From Bispira polyomma (Eukaryota), in the NCBI GenBank assembly GCA_965649765.1, contig OZ287751.1, positions 28,644,001-28,708,000 of the forward strand: 64,000 nucleotides of DNA. Reading direction: 5' to 3'. The position numbers and the translations under genes were made by a program. Positions 39,801-51,800 of this stretch are shown piece after piece. Position 1 is the stretch's first letter, and the number at the start of each line of letters is the position of its first letter. The notes beneath the pieces were generated by a model, which was not told where the DNA came from, made no database searches, and saw nothing but the letters and a program-made list of their open reading frames with translations.

Positions 39801-42800
39801 TGTTTCTTCCTGGTCGGGACAAGGTAGTTTATATTGGTACAAATATTCATTCAGTGTACAGTTGAACAACAATATTGTCTGAATTGTGAGTTTGCCCTTT
39901 GACATTAAAAAAAAAGACCTTGACCTAAAAATCCTTTGTCTGGCCTAGATTTTGACAACTTCATGTCACAGGAAGCATGCAATACTTTATTACAAATATT
40001 TGTTTAAGGGTGTAGATGTGCAACATTTGACCTTGGAATTATGAAATGAACTTAAACAAAACATTTTCAGACTGCTATATGTCAGTAATAACAACTTACC
40101 AGACACAAAAAGTTTACATTTGGTTTAAACATCTACGCGGAGTACAATTGTGCAACATTCTTGTGCGACTTTATTTGACGTAGTGATGACCTGAACTTTA
40201 AAATCTTTAAATGCCATTATATCTCATTGACAATTTGTCACAGGGTGTTGGGTTGTGGCTTTTCTAGTTTGTTTATGTTAACAACAGTATAAAGTTGAAA
40301 GTGTTATCGTAACTAAATACAGTAGAATTTCCATTGTATGCACTTCTATTTTTCGAATTTTGATTTTCTGACTTCCACATATATTGACAAGTAATCTTGC
40401 AAAGGAAAAAGCACAGTGTGCTGAAGAGAAAACCAATTTCTTTCTTTTGAATTGTTTTCAGTGGAATGTTTACACCATTAAAAATAATCATCTCTTTACA
40501 TCTCCTCGAACACTAATGACACTTGAGTTCACAGAGTTCAAAGTTAAACAAAAGATACGCTTGTCGACTATAATATCATCAAACCGACAAATGTATGATT
40601 CTTTGATTGTAAATTGCCACTGTCCCTTTGTGGTCAGATAATAGAGGTTCTACTGCACATGTATCTGTCTTATCACATAGTTTTTGTTTCACTTTGTATT
40701 GGGTGTAGGTACTATGCCTTGTATTCAGTAGACTGTATGTTAGGACGACTATTATCCAAACTTCTGCTGTCCTAATATTCAATTTTGATGAATTCAATCT
40801 CACTCTTCTAAAATAAGGATTTAATATTGTATGATACTGAAATACCTCTTCTATTCTAAAAACCTTTTCATTATTCAGACAAATGCTCACTCTCCCAAGT
40901 TGTTCGGATAAAAGCATTGTGTACTGAAAATCTATATATATAAATAAAAATAAAGCACATTTAATGTGCAGAACCACTTATAGATCAAAATCTATATAAA
41001 ACTCGACATATTTAAAATACAGCATGTATTTGAATGAGATCTATTTATCTATTTATTTACATTAGATTGCTACAATTGTGGACGAGTTGGCCCCCTTGGT
41101 GAAAGGGGACAAGCTGGTGCTCCTGGTCTAATCCGTGGACAAGCTGGTTCCCGTGGTGAGCCTGGTGGTGCCCCTGGTGCTCCTCCAAGAACTGATAATG
41201 TAGATTTACCACCAGAATCACCTATTCGTGAAACAGATGACATACTGAAAGAGCCACAACGGATCAGAACAGAGTTCCCCGAGACTTGGTTGTGGCATGA
41301 TCTTGTTGCAGGGTGAGTCTCAGATATTACATCCAAGGTTTTAACATTACCTGAATGTACACAGGTTGTCCTAAGAGCATACCTTATTCATCTAAATAAA
41401 TGCACCCCTTCCTCCTCTTCCAGCTCTGACTTCTTAATTTGTTACAAATATCTTATATTTGGACAAAACTGTCGACCATTTCAGACCGATTTTGAGTGTT
41501 CAAATTTCAGCATGTAACATTTTGTAATTTGAACTTTACAAAATGACAAATTTTTTAGTAAAAACGATGTTTATAGGCAGAGAGAGAAGATTGCCATGAA
41601 AAAACATGACACGGCTGTGTCAGCAATTGTGAATGACAGAAAACTTCTGTAAAAATCACCATATATACCATATACACATGTGCGATTTTTTGTCAGTAGA
41701 TGCCTGGTGGAAAATTATATAGTTCCTCCAGTAACATATAATATTCCTATGAATACAGTAGAATTCATTTACCGCAATTATTTTATATATTCTATTAGAA
41801 TCGGAATAACACATTCCAAACCTACGATATACAGTAACTTTTACCACTCTTGGAGGGTAGGAACACTCGGGCTTCACCTTCGGGTTACTACACATCCAAT
41901 GATGGTAAATATTACCGTATACCATGGTTTGTTATGTGTTATTTCTTAATTGATTAAGCTCATTTATTAGCGCGAGTATTTAAGTAAGGTAAATGATGTT
42001 GTTAGAAACACCATTTATTTTGATGAAATGTTACCAATTTTAGGGGTTCACATTTTAGCGTGAGATGGTTTTAGTATCAGATGAATAAACACATTTCAGT
42101 ATAAGCTTTCCAAATTGCCAATTTTTAGCGGAAACGATGTATAGAGATATTTAGAGAGAGTGGTCACAGTAAATACAACCTTAAAGCTTTAATTACCACT
42201 CAACTACACCTCCAATCCTTGGTGTCAAATAGTTGCTCCCCCGTCACTTGCAAAAAGCATCACCCTGGGCATTTATTTGGATAAATACCCAAGTTCAAAC
42301 GGAATCTACTATGAAAACACCTTGTTCTATTATAGATCAAGGAGTTTTCAAAAGAAAATATCATACGTTGTAGTTGTATTACATTTCTTAATTCTAGAGC
42401 AGTTGATAAATAAAGGTGGTGTGGGAATCATTTACAATTTCCTCGAAAAATAATATATTTGTGGCTTATATTATTCATATTACACATACAGTTGAACCCC
42501 TTTAAGTCAAATCTCAAGGAACCAGAAAAAAACTTTTACTTAAGCAGGATTTCCACTTGTCAATTTTAAAGGAAAATGCCTCTGTGGGACTAGAAATTCT
42601 GCTCCACAAAAAGGATAATTGAGTTAACAAAGTTCTACTTAAAGGGGTTCAACTGTATAGTAGTATCACTGATAGACCCGATAGTAAGGGGTGACACAAC
42701 AGTTGTATTAATTACAATATAGTATCAATGATGTAAATATATCTGTTACCTGTTTAATATATGTGTCTATATATATACAAACCTAGCCGTAAGTCATTTA

Positions 42801-45800
42801 CTTGGACTCAAGTCCCTGACACTATCACCTCTTGAGTAACAAGTGTCATTGTGTGTACTTGCATGCAGCTGTAATTACATTATAGTATGCATGTTCTAAA
42901 CACATCTACTGTCACCTGCATACGTTATATGACACAATGACAGATCTTATTGCAAGGCATCTACACAGACTTAAGTCCTTGTTCTGAAAATAACTGTAAT
43001 TATATTAGAGTATTCATGTTGTAACCATACCTATTGTCTGTGGTATATATGTATATTACTACAAACCTGATGGTACAGTTTCCTTCCTGTCTCATATCCC
43101 TGATAGGTCCATCAACTCCTGGGTAGTTAGTGATAATGTTTGGTTTTACTGTCTACAGCTCTGTAACATTATAGTATTATATCTATCTGTTTATAGGCCT
43201 GATGGAAAGGTCTCTCTCCAGACTAAAGTCGCTGATACAATCATTTCCTGAGTGGCTACTGTTATTGTTTGGTTTTACTGTATAAAGTTCTGTAACGGTC
43301 TTACAAATTATACCATAGTATTATGTATACATGTATCTATTTATAGACCTGATGGAAAGGTCTCCCTGCAGGCTAAAGTCCCTAATACCATCACCTCCTA
43401 CTGTGGTTACTGTTATTGTTTGGTTTTACTGTATAAAGCTCTGCAATGGGGATACAAATTATACCATAGTATTATGTATACATGTATCTATTTATAGACC
43501 TGATGGAAAGGTCTCTCTCCAGTCTAAAGTCCCTGATACCATCACCTCCTACTGTGGTTACTGTTATTGTTTGGTTTTACTGTATAAAGTTCTGTAACGG
43601 TAATACAAATGATAAGATTGTATTATATATACATATATCTATTTATAGACCTGATGGAAAGGTCTCTCTGCAGACTAAAGTCCCTGATACAATCACCTCC
43701 TGGGTGGCTAGTGCTTTTGTTTGGTTTTACTGTATAAAGTTCTGTAACGGTCATACAAATGATACTTTAGCATTATATATACATGTATCTATTTATAGAC
43801 CTGATGGAAAAGTCTCCCTGCAGGCTAAAGTCCCTGATACCATCACCTCCTGGGTGGCTAGTGCTTTTGCTCTACATCACCAAGATGGACTGGGTATAGC
43901 GCCTAACACTGCCAAGGTATGGCCTTTGAAACAACTACATGTATATAGAGATTTTTTATCTGATGTAAGATCAGTAAACCTCTACTGTCCAAACTTGTTT
44001 GGAAAGCAAGACTTAAATAATAAGAAGAGTCAGTCATCAAATAGAAGAGCTATTTTAAAATTAGTACAAGACAAAGTATATTGCAATTTCAGATGAAAGG
44101 GGTTCAAAAGATCCAATATGGAATAATAGAAGGTTAAACCAGTAACTGAAACAAGTAATTCTGGTACTTAAACATGTGCATATTCTAAAATCAATCACTA
44201 CTTTCAGCTGACTGTCTCTTGTAATAAGACACCAGGGTTCACTGTATCCCTACTGTCAGCTGAGTGTCTCTTGTAATATAACAACAGTTTTTTACTGTAT
44301 CCCTACTGTCAGCTGAGTGTCTCTTGTAATATAACAACAGTTTTTCACTGTATCCCTACTGTCAGCTGATTGTCTCTTGTAATAAGACAACAGGGTTCAC
44401 TGTATCCCTACTTTTAGCTGATTGTCTCTTGTAATATAACAACAGGGTTTCATTGTATCCCTACTAATGGCTGACTTTCTCTTGTAATATAACAACAGTG
44501 TTTCACTGTGTCCCTACTTTCAGCTGACTGTCTCCAAGCCTTGGTTTGTTTCCCTGGATCTTCCCTACTCAATGATTCGAGGTGAAGAAGTTGCCCTGAA
44601 AGTCAATGTATTCAATTACCTGACAGAAGATATCCGTGTATGTATTATAAATGCATACAGTTAAGTACAGTATTCAATTACCTGACAGACGATGTCAATG
44701 TATGTATTATTATTTTTTTAATTCATATGGTTTCTACTTCACCCTAGTCATCCTTTACCTTACCCACAGGTTGCTGGTTCGACTCCCACTAATTCTGTTC
44801 ATACCAACTGGAATTACTGGCAATACTGTTACTTCAACTTAAGCAGGATTGGAGATAAAAGGATATGCCAACATCTAATGTTTTTCCGGGGTTTTTTTCC
44901 AATGCTTTTTAGTCACACACTCAGGTAGTATCTAAAGGATGTTATTTTTTTATTTGCTCCCCCCTAACACTCTACATAAACCTAATTCTTGCTCTTTCAG
45001 GGTGTTGTTACACTGAAAGCTTCCACCGAGTTCAATGTGCGTCACCCTAGCTTTGGTGGAAAACCAATGGGAGGTGAAGAAGTCATGAAGGAGATCTTTG
45101 TAAGTACAGGAAGGAATAGAACATCTGCCCATATCTAAAATTGACTACCTGTAGCATTATATAAAATAGTTCACAGAATTTGTATATCTATGTAAACTTA
45201 GATCCATTGCTTTATCTTTCTCCATTCTATTTTTGTTTAGAAAGTTGAACCCTGGTCACAAATGTCACATATATGATGGATTTCTTACTGTCCTTATTCT
45301 TTTAAACTAGGTCTTCTAGGTTGAAAGAAGTTAAACTAGAAGAATGGTCTTTATGCTCATCAAAAGTACACACTGTCATTGGTCAAGAAGATTTAACATT
45401 GTTGAACCTATTCTAATGTTGTGACAAATTAGTGACTTTGTTTTAGTGTTATGTGTTAAATTGGATAATGTTCATTGTTTTTCTCATGCATATTTTTACA
45501 CATATTACTTTTTCAATAAACAAGATGTTTTGTTTTGTATGTATAGTTATTAGAGCAACTATCATCAATGTGTACTTTTCAATTGAAAATTTATATCAAA
45601 GAGTAATGAGTTTATCAAACGCTCATAGATATAAAATATAATAACTTTTTGAAGTGTGAATATGCTGGCACCATCAGACACTCAAATGGGTTAAAATTGT
45701 CTAATTTACTGTACCATCTGTCTCATATACAGGTTGAATCAAGGCATTTTATTGTTGCCTCAGAATCAAAATATATCATTATTATCTTATTACAGGTGAA

Positions 45801-48800
45801 ATCAAGGGATCTTATTCTTGCCTCAGAATCAGAATATACTATTCTCATCTCATTATAGGTAGAATCTATTAGGTAGATAGGTAAATCTTATTAATTTCTC
45901 AGAATCAGGCTAGTATATAATTCTTAACTTATTACAGGTAGAATCAAGGGGATTCTATTGTGTTTCTCAGAATCAGGCTCTACCATTGTCATCTTATTAT
46001 AGGTAGAACCAGGAGATCTTATTCTGGCCTAATCAGAATATATCATTCTTTTCTTATAACAGGTAGAAACAGGTGATCTTATTCTTGCCTCAGAATCATA
46101 ATATATATCATTCTTATCACAATACAGGTGGAATCAGGAAATCTTATTAATTCCTTAGACTTAGGTTAATTCTTAACTTATTACATGTAGAATCAATGGA
46201 TCTTATTCTTGCATCAGAATCAGAATATACCATTCCCATCTTATTGACTTCCTCAGAATCAGGCTATATCATACTCAACTCATTACAAGTAAAATCAGGA
46301 GATGTTATTCTTGCCTCAGAATCAGAATATACCATTCTTATTGTATTACAGGTAGAATAAAGGGATCTTATTCTTCCCTTAAAATCAGACTATACCAAGC
46401 TTATCTCATTACAGGTAGAATCAGGGGATCTTGCCTTAGAATCATGCTATACCATTCTTATCTCATTACAGATAGAATCAGAACATCGTATTGTTATCTC
46501 AAAATCAGGTTGTACTTTTATTTTATTACAGGTAAAATTAGATCTTTTTCTGGCCTCTGAATCAGAAGAAATTATTGTTTTCGTATTACAGGTACAATCA
46601 GGTGATGCTACACTTGTCTCTTTCTGGATTGTACCTCTTGTACTGGGCGAAGTGTCTCTGACTGTGGAAGCCAGATCTACAATGGCTGCTGATGCACTTA
46701 CAAGAACCATTCTAGTTGAGGTAATAGAGTCCTTAATACAGGACTATATATAGGAAAGTCTTTTGGTAGGAACCATGTAATACAGGAAATTCTTTCAGTA
46801 TATACCAGGCAATAAGAAATTATGTCAGTATAGGCCATGCAATATAGGACACTCTTTCGGTATGGACCATGTAATACAGGAAACTCTTTCAGTATATACC
46901 AGGCAAAATGGGACACTCTTTCAGTATGGGCCATGCAATAAGAAATTATATCAGTATAGACCATGCAATAAGAAATTATATCAGTATAAACCATGCAATA
47001 TAGGACACTCTTTCAGTATAGGCTATGCAATAAGAAATTCTATCATTATAGACCATGCAATATAGGAAACTCTTTCAGTATAGACCTTGGAATATAGGAA
47101 ACTCTTTCAGTATAGGCCATGAAATATAGGAAACTCTTTCAGTATAGACCATGGAATATAGGACACTCTTTCAGTATAGGCCATGCAATATAGGAAACTC
47201 TTTCAATATAGGCCATGCAATACAGGGAAACTCTTTCAGTATAGAACATGGAATATAGGAAACTCTTTCAGTATGGGCCATGCAATAAAAAATTCTATCA
47301 GTATGGACCAGGCAATATAGAAAACTCTTTCAGTATAGACCAGGCAATATAGGAAACTCTTTTAGTATAGACCAGGCAATATAGGAAACTCTTTTAGTAT
47401 AGACCATGCAATATAGGAAACTCTTTCAGTATAGACCATGCAATATCGGACACTCTTTCAGTATAGGCTATGCAATAAGAAATTCTATCAGTATAGACCA
47501 TGCAATATAGGAAACTCTTTCAGTATAGACCATGGAATATAGGACACTCTGTCAGTATAGGCCATGGAATATAGGAAACTCTTTCAGTATAGACCATGCA
47601 ATATCGGACACTCTTTCAGTATAGGCCATGGAATATAGGACATTCTTTCAATATAGGCTATGCAATATAGGAAACTCTTTCAGTATAGACCATGGAATAT
47701 AGGAAATTCTTTCAGTATAGACCATGGAATATAGGACAAGCTTTCAGTATAGGCCATGCAATATAGGAACTCATAAACTTATAATCCAAAACCATTAGTT
47801 TATGAGGTCGGCTGTTCCTCCTGAAAATCATGCACTACCTAATTTATATTGAAATAATTATGTAACAAATAAACATCTCCAAAAGAGATAGTTTTGCAAA
47901 AGGTTACTCAGTCTGTTTATTAATGTATATATACATTTACCTTGCAAGTAAAATGTTTGTATATAAAGGGAATATATAATGTGTTGCATGATAGTGTGAA
48001 TATATTACTGACTTTGGCAAGGTATACAAATGTTTGGACAAACTATTATATTTTCAAAGACAGTTCACATACCTAGGCTAGGGCCCGCATTCAAGATCCA
48101 AGCCACGGTAACGTTGCAAAATATCACCGAGATCATTGATGGACTAAAATTCATTGTGTATATTGTAATTTTTGTCACAAACTAAAAAAGGGGCTGTTAT
48201 TGAAGAAAACAATCATGTTAATCTATGGCGGTATAACATAATGGAATTTACATACTGCTATGCTTTTTCACACAATTAACCTACACAAGTCACTGTTTTA
48301 ACAACGTTTACACTGCTTGAAGGAGAGATGTAATAAAATCATATTTAACTTTTAATGTTACAGTAGTTCCTGCGGAAATTTTGGTATTTATAGACTTAAA
48401 TATGTCTTTAGAGGTGGATGGCTATAATGAGAGAGGCGCCTTTATTATAGAAAATACAGTATTTGTGTATATGCAGCAGTCATGATGGGCAGTATTTACA
48501 AATTGTTCTTTGGTGGCATTACAGTAAATGTATAATAAGCAAAATTAATGCCCTCATGAATGCCACTCGATCGAGGACTGCCAATTTGTCATGATATGGC
48601 GTGACACCACGACAGTTTTGACAATGTTAGTTCAAACCCCTGTAGAGCTTATTGATTAATGTTGAATAGCTTTAAAAGTACACAATTCTCTAGGAGGTCA
48701 ATTTTCTAGGAGGTCAGTTCTCCGGGTACCATTCTCCACAGTCTTACCCCCCTCCAACTTAAAGAATAGCAACATGTGCTACTTCTATGTCATTTGTAGC

Positions 48801-51800
48801 TCCGATAAATGTTAAATGGAACATTTGTGGAACTCTACATTAATTTAACAAAAAGCTACAAGATTTTACCTCCCCAGATTTAGAGGTTATAGTTGAAATA
48901 ATACTGCTTAGATGCATAGTACAGTATCTAAAGTGATATTTTATTGTTTCAACCTAACAGCCAGAGGGCGAGGAACAAGAACATGGTGTACCAGTCCTAA
49001 TCAGTCTGCATGACGGTGACCAGTCACAACAAGAAGTGATATCCATAGAGTATCCTAGTGAGGTGGTAGACGGTTCTCAGAGGGCTCTGTTCACAGCCTA
49101 TGGTTGGTTTGTTTATATAATCATTGACTAAATATGGGTGATGTTCTAGTGTCCCAAGGTTCAACAAGAAGTGGTATCCATAGAGTATCCAAGTGAGGGG
49201 GTGGTAGACAGAATTCAAAGCTAGTGCTCTCTTTACAGTCTTTGGTTTGTTTATTACAAGAAGTTGTATCCCTACAGTATCATAGTGAGGGGTGGTAGGT
49301 AAATTTGGTTAAGTTAATATCCCCTTGTATTTTGAGGACAATCGGCAGTCTCGCTAAGGTAGTTTCTTTTAAAATCTACCCTGTAATAGGTGAAAATCCT
49401 CCTTCAGTAAAAGTATTTCTGTTCATCCCTTGAGGCTTGACTTTAAAGGGGCGTTAACTGTATCACAAGGGTAACTGTATGGATTTATCTTTCCATATGA
49501 AGAGCATTCACAAAATTCTCTTTTGGCCATGTGCTCTTTTTAACCCACAGACCATTGGCACTTGTTGGTGTATAGTGTCATCTATTGTGTGAGCCTGCCT
49601 ATTGGATGAGTGACTCAATTGTCTGAACTATATCTCAGGAACTGCTTGTTACAGGAAGTAAATATTTGATACAACTATTCCTTGGGATGGAGAGCCATGG
49701 ATTAACAGTTTGCAACCTAATTGTAATGACTTTTAATCATTTTGACTTTTGCCCTTGAAGTTATGACCTTAAAACTATTCCCTGGAATATATGTCAGGGA
49801 TTAAATATTAAAAGAGTTTCATTTTTAGTACAAATATGCCTTGATACTGTGAATGCTATTTTTAGAATGCAATGCTAAATAGCCTATAATTATGGTTTTA
49901 TCGCTGTATTCTGGAGCATATACAGTTGTGTGCATATCAAGTGTCTGAAAAACTAGAACTACCATAAGTTATAAGTTCAGACTTGTATTCAGAAAATATA
50001 AATGGTTCAACTATTGGATATGTGTGTAAACCATGAATCGGTTCAAAGACTTGGTTTCTTCACAACAAGCAATATCATGCAAAGTACAGCACAGCTTAAT
50101 GACATTTGATTCAGTGAATGGCATGAACAAGAGGGCTCATACAGCTATTGGTCCATCTCAGCTTGAGTTTCCGCCGATTTTATCAAATTGATTTAAAAAC
50201 CGAAAGGAATATTATCAAGAACGAAGATGATTTGTGACAATATTTTACAGTTTGGACGGATCTCAAAATCAATATATCAGTGCCATAAGTAGGACATCGT
50301 CACAAATATTACACATTGTAAAGATAATAACTCCTCAAATTGGACCCTTGACATATAAAAGAAACATACTTCACTGAATATAATCAGATAAGAACATTTT
50401 TTGTTTTTTAATTCAAAAGCATGGAGACAGATGATAGGTGATATGAATTTGTGTCTGAGATTTTCTTTCTAAGTGTAACTATGCCATTTTCAGGTGACCT
50501 TATGGGTCCTTCGCTGGGTGGTCTGGACAAGTTACTAAGGATGCCTTACGGCTGTGGTGAACAAAACATGATCAATTTTGCCCCCAGTATCTACATTTTG
50601 TCTTACCTGAAGCAGACAGGTACCGTGACACCTGAGATAGAAGCCAAGGCTATCAGAGTCATGGAATCAGGTAATACAAACTCTGTTGTATATTACTGTG
50701 GTTTTTTAAGTATCAGTCCCTCCAGACAGTCCTTGTGGGGTTGGGGTTTAGTTACTGATAAAATAGATCTTTATTAATGTGCCCTAAATATGCAACATCA
50801 ATGGGATAATTAACAGGATAATCAATAGTATAGTCCTGCAACACAGTATTATAGTCACTCAAAAGGTATAAATTAAATGGTTAAATATTAAAATTGAAAA
50901 CAGCAATTGATAGCTTTAATATATATTTGTACCTAAGTCTGTAGTGACAAGCATAAAGATAACCAAGACATTAGTGCAGTTTCTAATACAATCTGCAACT
51001 CCAACCATTAAGTCTAATTTCTCTTTAACTACATGTACAACCAATTTCTTGCTCCCAGTATTCAAACATACTAGTTTTAAAATAGGTGAAATTAGGAGAT
51101 AGCCATAAGAATTAAGAACTAAACCCTGTGTATGTTGGACATTCCACTTTTACTCTATTTTTATCCTAATTTTTTTGATGCCTAGGTAGGGGCCGTGGTT
51201 GCCTAGTGGTTAGCAAGCATTGCGCTTCGCAATCACTGGTCTCACTTCTGGACATCGACAAGCGTGGGTGCGCCTTCCGTCGATGTCTATGTGAGAAAGG
51301 TGGTAGTTCCTTACTGTGGGCCGCTGGTTTCAGTGCAGAACCTTGGCCAACTGTATGCAGTGTTTCCTCCAGCGTTTGCAACTACCCGTCCCAGTATAAC
51401 CTAAACAGATTCTAGAGCAGACGTTAAATATCCCAAGTCCAAAAAAAAAAAAAATTTGATGCCTAGGTTATCAGCAAAGCAGACGACATTTGTTACTCCC
51501 AGACAGTGCCTATGTCTGTCAGCAAGCAATAACCACCCCCAAAAAATTATTTTAGTTTTCATTAGTTCCTCGAAATAGGAAATTGTTAGTACAGCAGACT
51601 CCTTTTTAAAAAAATTATACGTGTTGAATAAAACATTAGCCAGTGGTGTGTGTTATAGTGACTCCAGCTATCTGTAACCTATTACCAAAACATTTCCTTC
51701 AGTTCCCGGTGATAGTTTTCTCTGTGGTCGAAAGGATTAAAAAGATCTATTTGTGAGTTATTTTTACTTTAGGGTATCAAAGAGAGCTTTCATACCACAG

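Noticed and set aside
38840-41065. Mutually exclusive alternative bait exons, as known in some arthropod and bivalve TEPs
   Set aside because: I found no convincing phase-1 exon with both splice sites. The intron holds a SINE and MITE remnants. A small exon could still have been missed by eye.
41070-41336. Minus-strand 88-aa Gly/Pro ORF, or a separate collagen gene
   Set aside because: It is the antisense shadow of TEP exon 20; the + frame continues into FPETWLW and has proper splice sites.
43252-44096. Overlapping 81-204-aa ORFs as independent genes or full duplicated exons
   Set aside because: They arise from the 150-bp echo array; only the last copy has the exon 3' half and a donor.
46770-47770. 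32-bp repeats as a CRISPR array
   Set aside because: Units are head-to-tail with no unique spacers, there are no cas genes, and the context is a eukaryotic intron.
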